A program made the translations under genes and the position numbers. A stretch of 64,000 bases of DNA from Lepidodermella squamata (Eukaryota > Animalia > Gastrotricha). Shown one piece after another: positions 24,601-37,897 of this stretch (positions are counted from its first letter, which is position 1; each line of letters opens with the position of its first letter). Under the pieces are notes generated by a model. It was not told the DNA's origin. It did not search any database and worked only from the letters and a program-made list of their open reading frames with translations. The stretch spans positions 1,736,001-1,800,000 of the forward strand of contig JBLDXI010000025.1 of the NCBI GenBank assembly GCA_047495785.1, read 5' to 3'.

Positions 24601-27600
24601 GAGGCTATTGAAGTCATGGAAAAGCTGATTCTGCCGTTTCATGCTTTTCTACATGATCATTTTTGAACTTCTGCATATTAGTTGAATAAATAACTAAGAA
24701 CTAACAAATTCCAAGTCGTGGAGTGATGTGTAGGCCTGGACACATGTCCTCAGAATTTTTTCAACATTCTCGCCGTCAATTAGGGCCGGATCCATCAGTA
24801 TCAGTTCACGTGACGATGATTTAGTGCCTCTATATTCTGATTCATAAGGGCCTGTCAAGTATTTGCCTAAGAATAAGGTTAGAGTTAATAGTAAGTTTTT
24901 GGAGAGGCCGAGACTCACTCTGCATTCCGGCGGCTATACATTTCTCCAGCCGACATCTCGGGCAGTGCTTCCGGTTTGTCACATCGAACGGACAATTTAG
25001 TAGGCCATTAGTGCACATTATTTGAAATCGACTTCTTGCATTGCGACGAAAGAATTTACAGCAAGCCTCACATGCTGACGGTTGATAGTCTGGACGCCTT
25101 TTGACCCGACCATAGCAAACTTTGCAGCAAGTAATGGGTGTCATTTTAGAAAAGTCGAGATTAAACGCTGCAGAGCGGAAAATAAATGAAACTGAATTCG
25201 ACATTTTCCATCAAGGGTTCCGAAGGCAGTAATCAGTAATCATTTGGGACCAACCTGAGTGACCCGACATCGATAAAAACAGACAAAAATCCATCCTCAA
25301 GTGAATACGAATTTCATATTCATATTGTCTTTATACGAGTACTCAAACTAATTACGAGCTTGATCCGTTACAGTATTCCCCCGGTTCTCGAACGTAGCCC
25401 TGCCGGAACCTATCGACTCGCAACGCAACGCCGCAAAACCAGCCAACAACGGAAACAGTCGTAAAACAGCCGTAGACGATCAATTCGAGCGGTGTAGCGC
25501 GAGAGTCACCTCTACGCCCCCAACCACTTGATGAAGAAAGACCGCGAGTAGGTAGAGCATACATGGAGGTTCATGAGGTTCCAAGTGATGCAATCCCTCG
25601 ATCGACATGATTGAACCAAAATTCGTAAAGAGCAAAAAAAGAGTAATCTATCTATCACAGAAATCCCTCTCAAACAATAGCTGCTATGCACGTTATATTT
25701 AAAAAATCAGCAAATCCAAACTGGTCGCTAAGGCGTAAACAAAGCTAACTTGAACAAACAGAGCCTATTGAAAATCCTCACATCTTCATTTACGCCAACG
25801 AGAACAAATGATGAAACCCTGTCACAATGATTCTGTTATTAGGTTGTTCGGGCCAATTTAATATTGTGCCTGTTAAACATGCTGTCCATCTCCATGACTG
25901 AATTTTGGTGGCGTCTCGAACGCGGTTTGCTCAGTGTGGCTGTCGAGACTGCATTTGAAAGCCATGACTCCTCGTTAATATTGCACGACCACCTTCTCAG
26001 GCCGTTTATATTCGAGATTGCCAACAAAACTGCGGCGGTAAATTAATGAAGCGGCTTATTTTTTCGTTAATGTCTATTGCACGCCGAGTTGTATTAAACC
26101 GATTGCGGCTGGGACGGATCAACTCACAGAAGACATATCTGCCTTACATTTGCCGGAATCCTTGACGCGCTACTTAAAGTATAATGACTTTTGATTGCAA
26201 AAATATTGAAGAGAGAAGTGTTATAGGAGAATAAAATGACAAATAAGCCGTGATTTAAAACCCGTTGTACAGTTTTATAGCAAAATTAAGGCTGCTGCTA
26301 TCTGTGACTTGCTATAACTTGCTGCCACGGCCTACGCCGCCCACTAACGACTGTGACGTCCTGCCGCGGCCTGCTGTTGACTGCTTCACTACGTCATGGT
26401 CCATAACACTAAAACTTTTCTCCATGAACCCTTCCTTGAAACACTGCCTGGGTTGCCGAAATACAACGGTTTGGTCGCAGCTGTCCAGGATATACTATTA
26501 TGCTTCCGCGTATACCGGATTCGTCACGCGTTATAGATCTCTTTCTTCTATCCCTCCGGCGTTTTCATTCTCAAGTCGACGTGCTACTCAACTTGTTGCA
26601 CAACCGCAGGAAAGTGTCATCAATGAAAAATGGAGGATCAAGTCAAATCGAAAAGCAGCACAGCGTATGCAAAGAAAAAAATAACTCAGTGCTAACCTTG
26701 TCGAGTTTGTGGAGCGCTCAAGAAGCACATCGACCTCCCGCAAACCGCGACTGAAATCGCCTCAACATTACGCAACCGCTCGGTGGACAGTCACTTAAGG
26801 ACGGTTCAGTCGCGGCTCACACCTCACCGACGTGAAGAACGTGACACGTCATTAAATATATTGGCGATAAGCTGGAGGACTTGATGGATGAGAGGCTTAC
26901 TGAGCGATAAAAATTGTCTTCGAGTGCGTTAAACGAGCCGACCTCACACCGTGAATTTGAACATTTAAAAAACGCGGCAACATTTGAATTTGAATAATTT
27001 GTGAACATGTTAAACCATTTAAACTTTTAAACATTTAAAAACTTCCAAAAATCTGAATAAACGACAACCCTGTAATAACTTCACAAAGCATCACCTTTAA
27101 TCCGTCCTCCAGCTTAGTTCTCGCACCTTCTTCTTCCAGTTCAACGATCGCACCTTCGGCGAGAACTGAACTGAGCTTATCGATCATTTGTAAATTATCA
27201 CATTTGAATGATATCCTAGATCGAGCGACATTGCACATCTCCACTCCCAATAATTCATCGATCTTGATTATGAAAAGATAGAATGACATCATAGGAATTT
27301 ACCTAACAATTTACCTTCGCTCGTTTTACTTTCGCCATGTTGTAAAAATCGAAATATTTCTCACTCGAAGCGTCAAGTAAAGTACTTTGCTCAATTTCTG
27401 CGGACATATTTTCCAATTTTTCGAATCCGTCGAGCTGATCGTGAGATACTAGACTGTTCAGCGATTCGAGCCGCTCTTCCTCTAGTTCATCAACCTTTCT
27501 TTTCAGGGTTCGCGCTTGTTTCGCCACTACCTTCCGAAATTCCTTCACCAAAACTTCACTTGATTGGTCGATTTCTTCAACGATAGCTCTCGCATTTTCG

Positions 27601-28219
27601 CTGATTTTCGAGCGGATTAAATCAGCTTTTCTATCGATATCTTCCAAGTTAGTTTCGTAAATGTTTCGAAGCTGGAAACGAGAGCATAATAATGAGAAGT
27701 CATATTCTGATGAATTTCCTATTTTTTACCTTGTTACACGAAAAGGTACCCTCAAGTCTGATTCGTTCCAAGTGGAGAAAGAAGCAAGAAGAGCAGAAAT
27801 CTTGCTCGCAATGCTGACAAGTGTTGACATCCGACTTGGCCAAAACACGCAAATGGCAACAATTTTCGCCCGGTTTCCACTTCGGTTCGGAATCAATCTG
27901 TGTCTTCAAAATGTCGACAGCCCTTTTGACAGCGTAATTGATCTTCAACGAGTCGATGCCATCCACGGATATAGAAGTCTTCGAGCGGCATTCAGGGCAA
28001 ACAAGGCCGTCTTTGCTATTTCTTGCTACATTTTCGAGACAAGGAGCACAAAATGAATGGCCACAGTTAGGCAACATTTTAGCTTCTGAGCGTAAGTCTA
28101 GACATATCGAACAGCTCAAAGCCTGGGTGACAACATGACAAGAGCTCGATTAAAATCAATTATTAAAGATAAAAAACCTCGCAAATTGCACTTCGTGGAG
28201 TTGCTGCGCATGCTGACAT
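21608..28219 (-). CDS. TRIM-like RING-Bbox-coiled-coil-ankyrin protein, gene A2
   Basis: Same exon structure as A1: 28219-28178, RING/B-box ~28123-27730, coiled coil ~27672-27315 and ~27263-27095, ankyrin exon 22966-21608; intron 22967-27094 is 4.1 kb. Confidence 0.83.
23240..23450 (+). mobile_element. Retrotransposon aspartic-protease-like fragment
   Basis: RRFLAITNLSRDLILGQDF resembles the retropepsin C-terminal ILGxDFL motif. Confidence 0.4.
23873..25170 (-). CDS. Divergent nuclear hormone receptor (C4 zinc-finger DBD plus LBD) nested in the A2 intron
   Basis: DBD CKVC-x14-CEACCKFFRR...C-x6-C-x9-CPRCRLEKCIAAGM. Spliced downstream exons give LBD-like ELAYALDAWNPTFVESALLMSVLLFN, HQQQLLLAFNLY and RRNFDKCYRLAK. 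The 5' exons (up to ~25.6 kb) and one junction near 24.65 kb are unresolved. Confidence 0.82.
25842..26193 (+). pseudogene. Remnant of a gene with a C-terminal SOCS box
   Basis: FSLMSIARRVVLNRL, then a frameshift, then EDISALHLPESLTRYLKYNDF*, fitting the SOCS box pattern; AATAAA follows near 26230. Confidence 0.6.
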
Positions 28220-28546
28220 AATTTTGTTCACTAACCTCTAAAGTTCAACAACAAAACAATAGTAAGAATTCACTAGTATTCAGTGATTTAGCGGTAAAAC
28301 TTTTAGAAAACAAGAGGAGTCAACAAAAGCAGGAAGCAGACGTATAAATTGTCCAATTTTTAATCCCTGAATGATTGTAGAGCCAACAATCAACGCTTAG
28401 AGTAAAAAATAAATTCCTAAAGCCTCATTTCCACAGGATAAGGACTTCGAAGTTAACCCGTCAGTTACTTTACTTTGGCTCATAAGGACTTCGGTATTTA
28501 GACAATAAGTTGAGCGATTTATGATTAATCAACACGACTTGGAATA

Positions 28547-31500
28547 TCATAAGAAATCTCTTGACACGCGGGCCACGTCTGATCCCATATCTAAAAAGCG
28601 AAGAAGTTGTTTCGGGAACCCAGATGTCGCAACGTCGCGCGGCGTTTTCCCAGCATTATTCTTCTTGTATATATAACGACTCAGGCCGATCTGCTTCAAC
28701 AAAAACGCCACAACTTTCAAACTTCTGTTTTCGACAGCGATGTGCATAGCGTTGTTGCCATTGGAGTCAAGATTTTCTTGAAATTTAGCTCCCTTGCGAA
28801 GGAGATACTCAAAACTCAAAACATGGTCAAATCTCGCGCAAGTCAACAAGGGGGTCGGCGGTGAACGGCCATGTGCAACCAAGTCGATTGGTGAGTCAAA
28901 TTTTTCAATGAAAAATGAAAGAATGTCTCGAGCAGTTGCATCGTCTTCGCCACTCGCCGCCCAATGCAAACAATGACCACCCTGATTGTCAATAGCATCA
29001 TAGCCATGTGGATATTTCTCCAGCAAGTACTGAACCATAGGCAGCGGGCCGAAACGAGCAGCATAGTGAATCGGCGAGACACAAGAGAGCGTTTCTGGAT
29101 TCCATTGAAAACCATTTTCAAAGAGGAACTGCACGGCCTCCAAGCTACCACTGCAAGCGGCTAAATGAAGCGCAGTATCTCCGTTTGAATCATCGTTTCG
29201 ACAGTCTTCAAACAGCAGCTTCATAACTTTCAAACTGCCTTTACGGGCAGCCGACAAGAAAGGTGTGTAGCCCAATTTGTTAACTGCTAATAACATTTTG
29301 GGATCTTTAACTGGAAATTCAAGAAATTCATAGTTTGGTATAATTAAAATAAGAAAAATGTACCAGTAAGAATCTGGACGACTTCAGCATGATCTTTTTC
29401 TGCAGCTAGATGAATTGCTACGTTGCTTTCGTCATCCCGAATCGAAGCATCAGCCCCGTGATTCAGCAGAAATTTAACAACATTCCGGTGGCCTAGCGAA
29501 CAAGCTAACATAAGCGCAGTTGAGCCGTTGAAGGTAGCGTTCACAATTGGTTTAAAGGCTTCGACAACTCCGGGCGGAACCACGTCGCATTTAAGCGCCA
29601 TCAAATGCAATGCACTTCTGCCTTCAGTGTCAATCACTTGAGCTAAAGTGGGGTCGGCCTCGAGCAAATACTCAAAGACTTCAGGATGACCGGCAGCTAA
29701 ATGAAGGGCAGTCATTCCAACCCGATCTCTCACTGAAGTGTCCGATCTTAATTTCTCAGTGAGCAGTCTAACACATTCGATGGATCCAGACGCGGCGGCT
29801 TGAAGAAGAAGAGTTCGGCTATCGTCAGAATCATCTTGGTGTCGGATAATGAGATTCGAGCCGGGTTCTGTCAAAGTCGACAAAAATTCGAAATTTCCAG
29901 ATTTGGCTGCTGAGTGAAAATCGCCATAAAAGTGGTCCTAAAAAAGATCAACAACAAAATTACCTACGTGAATAGAAGCGTAATTGGAAGCATCCGACTG
30001 ATGTTCACGCTGGTATCTTTGTTTCTCTAATTTGTTCTCCAATTTTATTTTATTTTACTTTATTTTATTTTATTTTTCCTAATGTGTTGATACATAGCCA
30101 ATTGCATTTTTTGTCCAATGATAGCAAATTGCGATAGGGAACGAAGTTCCTCGAAGCTGGGTCGCATAAAAAGCATTTTCAGATGAACGATGACCCAAAG
30201 GCGATCAAACTGGTCAGCAATCATGCCGATGAAGGTTGACTTTCGCTATCGGACGATAAGCTCATGTTCAACTCGCCGGCGGCGAATGCCTGGTTCAAGA
30301 GTCTGACGGCTGACAGCAAAGGACGTGACATTTGAGTGGACCGCCGCTGCCGAAACATCCTTCTAAGCGCTGAAAGCGGCACTGTCATCGCCGTCAGTCC
30401 TGCAATTTCCGCAATGGGGAGCGCCTACCAAGGTGGTCTGCGGTCGCAGGTATGTGTGTCCAGACAGTCGATGACAAGGATCATCTTATTGCCGCGGAAA
30501 GCCGGTTACTCTCTCCGGCCGAAAGAAATCACCCGACCCATGAACGCGAGTTGCTTGCAGTGGTATTCGCCTTAGAGAGATTTCGTATGTCCTCGAACAA
30601 CAATTCACTGTGGGAACCGACAATAAGGCTTTACCCTGGTGGAAAGACAAGCGCCACCCCTCCCAGCGAATTTTGCGATAGGTTGAAGCGCTATCTGACT
30701 ACCACTTTGACATTGTTCACCGGCCCGGCTGGTTCAACTATGCCGATGGCCAGACGGCAACTGTTTGTTGATTTCCACACTTCCGAGCAGTGAAACCTTG
30801 AGTGAAATAGTATTTCACGATTTCCGAAATTCCAAACTCAATACCAAGTTACCAAGAAAAGGGATTTTTCGTTCTCGGCAGCAAATAAATTTCTAGCCAT
30901 TGTACTATTATTGTTTAGAATTTAAAAAATGTAGTCATTCATTGTCGCGTCGATGGCACCGCATCCTGTACCGGTCGGGCTTTCTCACGTCCTTCTACAT
31001 GAAGGTAAAGACCGGAAAAGTGTTGACAGGCAAATGTTCGGAATCTTAGTTGTGAGTTTTCTCGTAAATTCGAGTAATAATTCGCTTTCGACGCCTTTTC
31101 CACTTAGCATGGAAACGAAATCCCCAATGGAACAATCGTCTATCCCGATTTGACGTGAAAGGTTTCCAAAACTGATGGACAAAATAAGAAAGACTGTCAT
31201 TAGGGAAAAGTGCGGTGCCGAAAAAATTTCCACCACTTTAGCTATTAGGAAACAATTGAGATGGTACGGGCACGTAGAGAGAAAACCGACCACAAAATTA
31301 ACCAAACAAATTCGCTGTTGGAAACCTTTGGATGATTGGAAAAGACCCCAGGGTCGACCAAAATTACGATACATTGATTGCATAAAAAGGCACTTGAAAA
31401 AATTTAACATTGGAACTTAGGACGATGCCAACGCTATCTCTCAGGATAGAATTACATGGCGAACGACATTAAGGATGAGTAGCTTGATACCATCAAAACC

Positions 31501-34500
31501 GATATTTCGATTTAAATGATTTTTGAAAAATACTTATGTGTATATCAAATTGATTTTGATATTGGCCAACGACCAAGTTGAAGCTTGGAACAGCGCTTTC
31601 AATAAAATTGTTAATACAGTACACCCAAATTTCTGCAAATTTCTGTTACGATTAAAGGATTCGCACAACGACAACTTAGAAAACATCGGCGCCCGAGCTC
31701 GTGGTGATACGCCCTGTAACGCGCTACACGAGTGCTCGAAAAGTGTCGTACCCGGGGATCGAACCCGGGCTGCCTTTCTGAGAAGGCACGGCTCTAACCT
31801 TTGAGCCACCATGGCCGACACACACTCCGTGTTCGCTTACGCGGTTGTAAGGGGACCAGGAGGAGAGATGGGAGGTGGACTCGCTCCCTATACGCCCATG
31901 CCGACCAGGCGGTATCGCAATCTGGAGAAGACATCTTAGGCCGGATTTGCGGAGTCAAAGTCCACCTACGGGTTGCTCTGATGGTCGATATTATAGCATC
32001 AATGGCGCTTGGCAGCACGCGACTCTTTCAATTGATTATTATGGTATGAAAAAATCACACCCACCAACCCGGCCAGCCCCACTACCGCGACCGAGCCAGC
32101 AACAAGTAATTCGCTGAGCGACCCGTTCGACTGCGCCTGCGGCGTCCCCCATGGGTCACCATTGTCGCTCCTGCTGTTTGTGTTGTTCGCCGCTTCCTCA
32201 CTGCCTCCTGTAGTTCAGCCCGATGACGCTGCTCGCTCGTCGGCTGCCGCGGCCTACGCCGATGATCATGCCATCAGGGCCACCGGGAAACCCGCTGCCA
32301 ATGTTGCTGCTCGCGTGCAAATGGCTTCGCGGAATCACGAACGCTGGTGCTGGCGCTGACGTTTGTCAATCAACCCCAGCAAATGTGAGTATGTCGCCTT
32401 TGGTGCCGACTCAAATGTTCCCGCTGGTCGCCTCGTCATTGGCGGCGCCTCTATTCCGCGCTGTCAAGGCGTCAGGTACCTCGGGATCTGGCTCGCCAAG
32501 CACCTCAACTGGAAGTCCCCCGTCGACCACGTTCGCGCCAACGCCGGGCCGCGCATCGCGTCCCTCCCTGACTGCCCACCCCCGCCTCAGCCTGCTCTTC
32601 TACAAGGCTCTCATCCACCCCATACCGGAGTTCGGTTGCCCGGCCTTCATTCACCTACCCCCGCACCAACTGGATCAAACGCTCGCCGTCGAACGCAGGG
32701 CACTACGTACGATCCCTGGAGGCGCGCCTCGCCGACCTGGCCTTCCAATTCTTCAATCGCGCACTCGAAGCCGCTGCTCGTTCGTCGGCGGCCTGGTCCG
32801 CCTCGCGAGGACCCACCCGTCCCCGGACAGCAAGAGTCCCATACGATTCTTTCTCGACTCCCTGCTCGGCGCTGGTCCCCTCCCGGCTGTCCGACCCCCG
32901 GCGCCCTCGTATCCCGTCCTCCTGGCTGGTACTGGATAGTCACCTCCGTCTTCCCCCGCTCGGATGCGGCCTCGGGCTCCTCTCAGCTTATCACCAGGTA
33001 TCTGTACCCCATTTTACCCTGTACCCCGCTCTCTGTTGTGCTGTTCTTGCTCAGGTTGTTCCTGGCTCCCGTCATCCTGAGCTCCTGAAGTTCCCGCTGG
33101 GCCACGTTGGCGGCGCGTGCAAACGGCGGCCCGTGTGCAGCAGTCCTGTTCCTGGCATTTGACTCGACTTGTTTCTCGTAGTTTCCGGTGTTACACTGAC
33201 GCGGCCACAAGGGTAATGGACAATAAGGAAACGCGCGTTTAGGATGCGCCCGATTGTGCTATTGCATCCGTTTTTTCGCGGAACAGTTCCGACCCGACCC
33301 GGCCGAATCACGGCAGGCGCAACTCAATTACACTCCACATTGCTACACATCACATAATGGAGTGACATTCCCTGTCGGAATTCCTCAAATACCATGATAA
33401 AGGGTTGTTGGACCTAACAGGAAACCTCAACCCTACCCTGAGAGATCTCATTCTCAAAGGAAAGACATTGTCACCAGGAATCAATGCGAATCCTACTTCA
33501 GATCCTCCGTCAAATATCACACAAAAGGGTCAATATCTTGTTGAAAAAAACGCTAAAAAATCCTGTAAAGCTCACCTTAAGGACTTCAGGCTCCGCTGAT
33601 TTGATCGATAAATGGACTGAAAAGTTGTTCATCAATAAATCCTTGTGCAAGGATGCGAAGTTAGGGTTCAGAGATAGAACAATTTCAGCATTTGCCATCT
33701 CACACTCATCGATTCTCAGCATTTTAGCAACCTGTAAAATAACGAAGAGAGTAAAAAAGAAGGTGCTCGCGTTAGTTTTACAACCTTCTCACATCGCTTC
33801 GTAATTTGCTCGTGAATAACGACAAATTCATCGCCAGAATTGAAAAGAGAGGATGTTTGAACAATTTGTTTAACCATGCGATCGATTTCGATTTTTGAAT
33901 CGTTTTCCAATGCTGTCTGTTTCAGGCGTTCGAGCTGCTTTTCTTTCATCTCACGAACTTGAGCGATAAGTTGCTGACAATGCGAACTTATAGCATCTTG
34001 AAGAGACGAAGCTAGTCTTTCCCCTTTGGCCAAAATTTCTCTCTCCATATCCGAAGCGTGGCTCGTGATTTTTTCTGTTAACGCTTCAAGCCGAGATTTA
34101 TAGTGAATGACAGTGGAGTCATGACGGCAATCCAGCTATCAAAAATAAAACTATCACGGAGTGCAACAAATCTAATTTTTTCCTTACCCATGTTTTGGCA
34201 AGACTGATTTCAGCCCTCATGAATTCAAGGTGAACAACGAGACAATGCGGACAGAACATTTCATTGCAATGAGCACACAGTTTTGCATTTTTCTTTGACA
34301 AGCTATTGAGATGAACGCAAGATTCAGCAAATTTTGATCTATTCAAAGATTCGTTCTCCTGTTTCAAAACTTCAACAGCCCGCTTCACTAGAATATTGGC
34401 TGGAAAATAAAAAGCTTCGATGCCTATTTATACATTTTTCTTGTTAGACAATACGTTTGATCGCATGCACTGAAACGCTAGCCGAAGAGCGACATTCGGG

Positions 34501-34721
34501 ACATGCTAGTTGGCCGTCTTTTGTTGGTAGCTGATTCAACAAGGATTCGATGCATTTAGCACAAAAAGAATGCCCACACTGAGGCAAATTTTTCGGATCA
34601 TCTGCTAATTCAAGACACACTGAACAAGTAAGAGCCTGAAAATGACAAAATAATGCTACTTTTCTGAAGCGCTCAGGTATATTGAATTTACCGCTTCGAC
34701 AGGACAGCTCAGTCTAGACAT
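28547..34721 (-). CDS. TRIM-like RING-Bbox-coiled-coil-ankyrin protein, gene B1
   Basis: MSRLSCPVEA; RING exon ~34635-34456; B-box exon ~34399-34188; coiled-coil exons ~34135-33785 and 33732-33576; ankyrin exons 29937-29364 and ~29311-28547; TE-filled intron 29938-33575. Confidence 0.83.
30300..30760 (+). mobile_element. Gypsy-type RT/RNase H fragment
   Basis: SRLLSPAERNHPTHERELLAVVFALERFR and TDNKAL-like motifs; related to the copy at 56 kb. Confidence 0.75.
31090..31475 (+). mobile_element. LINE (RTE-like) RT C-terminal fragment
   Basis: IRKQLRWYGHVER...WKRPQGRPKLRYIDCIKRHLK. Confidence 0.78.
31560..31710 (+). mobile_element. MULE transposase C-terminal fragment
   Basis: NDQVEAWNSAFNKIVNTVHPNFCKFLLRLK matches the NNxxEGWHxxF...HPNxWKFIxxLK motif. 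Confidence 0.55.
31745..31819 (-). other. tRNA-derived sequence (pseudo-tRNA or SINE head)
   Basis: Minus strand has an A box TGGCTCAAAGG, a B box GGTTCGATCC and a TGCCT/AGGCA hairpin; the acceptor stem is imperfect. Confidence 0.6.
32135..33070 (+). mobile_element. 5'-truncated non-LTR retrotransposon (LINE) RT
   Basis: GVPHGSPLSLLLF, AYADD, INPSKCE and VRYLGIWL motifs across frameshifts; GC-rich. Confidence 0.85.
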
Positions 34722-35071
34722 TGAAAGCCTTGCTGCCTCTGAATTAATTCAGCATTTAAAATGTAAACGATACTATTGGAGTTTTACGTGGTGGCAAAAT
34801 TCAACAAATCAATTATACTAAAAAGATGAAGGCCAAGATCATTCTTCTTTGAAAGAAATTTGATTTAATTGCACTCTGCAATTTTGGATTTCCAATATCC
34901 AGAAACAGTGGGCAACAACAAGTAGCATACCAAAGTTACAATAAAATAACGAAATTATATCAAATGCAAAAATCACTAAGCCCTTACCAACCACTCGCAT
35001 TCAGAGAATAAAAGAATTAGAAATAAGATCGTTACACGCTTTTGGAACCATTCCTATTTGGAAGAGTGTTT

Positions 35072-37660
35072 TCATTTTGTTGACATCACGACTTGATGAG
35101 CGAGTTGTGCCATGGTCAAAGGCAAACAATGCAACAACAATTTATCAGGAAAATCGGCAGGTGCGAGATCCCGAGGCGTTTGCCCAGTTTTATTCACCGA
35201 ATAACCAAAACGCTTCAACGCCGTTTGTTCCCAACAGAATTTCACAACTTTCACACTGTTGTTCGCCACTGCCAAATGAAGAGCGCTATTGCCAACATCG
35301 TCTACATTTATTTCGAAGTTCGCGCCCTTGTTGAGGAGGTATTCGAAGCTCAAAACGTGATCCCTGACTGCGCACATTAGCAGAGGAGTGGGTTCTGAAC
35401 GTATCATAGATGCGATATTGATTGGCATTTTTAATTTTTCGATAAAAAATGCCAGAACATCCCTAGCCGTGGCATCTTCCGCGCAGCTTGCCGCCCAATG
35501 CAAGCAATTCCCGCCCTGAAAATCAACAGCTTCGTAGGCCTTAGGCGATTTTTCCAGCAAGCATCGAACGATAGGCAGAGAGCCGGATCTCGCAGCTAAA
35601 TGAATTGGCATAATACCGTATTTGTCTGGATACGCGTCGAATCCATGTCCCATGAGGAATTCCACTGCCTCAACGCTATTACTACAGGCCGCGAAATGAA
35701 GACCCGACTTTCCGTCAAAAATATCGTTTCGACAATCTTCTAACAGCAGCCTTGAAACTTTTATGCTGCCGTTAAGCGCTGCCACTAAAAACGGGGTATA
35801 GCCTGCCTTATTGACGGCAGTAATCATCTTCCGATCATGAACTGTAAATTCATGCAAACAATTGTTAGCGAAATTAAATCGCACATCGTACCTGTGAACA
35901 TTTCCACAATTTCATCGTAGTCGTCTTCAGCTGCGGTGTGAATAGCTGCGAAACCTCGAACATCTTGAATCGAAACATCAGCCCCGTGATTCAGTAAAAA
36001 TTTGACAACGTTTTTGTGGCCTTGCGAACTAGCTAAAACGAGTGCAGTTGAGCCATCATAGGTGGCGTTGACGATGGGTATCACAGCCTCGATAATTCCA
36101 AGAGGAGCAGAATCGCCTTTAAGCGCCATCAAATGTAATACAGTTCTGCCTCTATTGTCGACCACATGAGCTAAGGTGGGGTCGACTCTGAGTAGGAACT
36201 CGAGAACTTCAGGGTGACCAGCGGCTAAATGGAGGGCAGTCTTCCCAACATTATCTCTCATTGCGGTATCCGATCCGAATTTCGAGATGAGAAGCTGAAC
36301 GCATTGAAGAGACCCTGATGCAGCGGCTTGATGAAGCAAAGTTCGACCTTTGTCAGAATCATCGCGATGTCGAATGATGAGATTCAAGCCAGGCTCTGAC
36401 AAACTCGACAGCAAGTCAAAATTTCCGGACTTGGCCGCCGCGTGAAAATCATTGTAAAAATGATCCTGAAAAAATGGATATAGCATATAGCCAACCATTC
36501 CAAAAAAGAAATTCTTTCACACCTTTGCGATTTCAAGCTCAGAAGATTTATTGGATAGCTCTACTGAGAAACCTTGCTTGAGCAAATTTTCCTGGAGATC
36601 GGTTAGATTTGGTTCCACAACGATTGAGACCTCGGCAGTTGCCATTTCGCTGAATTCAATTTTGCGCATTCTAGCAACCTGCAAAACCAAGACGTTAGAG
36701 AAGAATCACGACAAGAAGCACTCTATATCACCTTCTGGCATTTCTCTATGACTTGCTTGTGTAGACCAATAAATTTATCGCCGGGATTGAAAAGACACGA
36801 TTTTTGCATAACATCTTTAAACATGCCATCTATTTCGGCTTTTGATTCTTTCTCCAACATGTTACGCTCAATATTCGCAATCTGCTTCCTTTTTATATCG
36901 TGGACCTGAGAGATCAAATCCTGGCAGTGAGACTTGATAGCTTCCTGAAGAGTCGCGCTCAATCTTTCTCCGTGTGATAAAATCTCCTTTTCCACATTCG
37001 AGGCGTGATTGGTTATTTTAGCAGTTATCGCATGAAGTTGAGTTTTGTAATGGGACATCGTGGGATCAAACTGCACATCCAGCTGAAACAAAAATGGCAA
37101 CATTGCGGTTTACGAAGATACAAAATCATTCATTACCCATCCTTTGGCGAGACCGATTTCCCCCCTCAAGAATTCAAGATGAACAACGAAGCAATACGCG
37201 CAGAAAGTTTCGCCGCAATGACCGCATAATCTGGCGTTATCTTTCGAGAGACTAGAGAGATGATTGCACGACTCCGCAAACTTTGCTTTCTTGAAAGACT
37301 CATTCTCTTGTTTCAGAACTTCTAAGGCTCGTTTTACAGGAAAATTAGCTGGAAAAATAAAAAATCCCAAATAGCTTTCATAAATTTCATTTTGAATTAC
37401 GTTTAATAGAATCCGCTGAAACACTCGCTGCGCTACGGCATTCAGGACAGACCAATTTTCCGCCTTTGGTTTGCAGATTGCTCAGCATGGATTCTACGCA
37501 GTTGGCGCAGAAAGTGTGCCCGCATTGCGGCAAGTTTTTCGGGTCCTCAGGTAGCTCAAGGCATATAGAACAGGTAAGAGCCTAGGAAAAACGCTGCTTT
37601 TCGAGAAATTCGAGCTATAACTGAAATTACCGCCTCGAAAGGACAGCTCAATCGGGACAT
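35072..37660 (-). CDS. TRIM-like RING-Bbox-coiled-coil-ankyrin protein, gene B2
   Basis: Seven-exon structure like B1 with only short introns; RING CSIC...CGHTFCANC...CPEC; ankyrin exons ~36466-35892 and ~35842-35072. Confidence 0.86.
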
Positions 37661-37897
37661 AAGATCCCAGGAAATATTGAAACCTCAGTAAGTAATGTGC
37701 ATGATTCGTAAAAAATCTAACAGAAATCAGAAATTCTTCGACTTTAAACGAGCATTAAAACCATGCTGCATCATTGAGAGATCTCATATAGGTATTAGAT
37801 CAAGAATTTCAGCTTCTAATGGCGTTGAAACGAAATTAATCGAATGGTAAGCATAGAATGCATAGAAATATTAAAACAAAACATGAAACCTAAAATG

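Noticed and set aside
31745-31819. Functional tRNA (Leu-CAG or Sec)
   Set aside because: The acceptor stem is mismatched, the anticodon loop is irregular and there is no long variable arm
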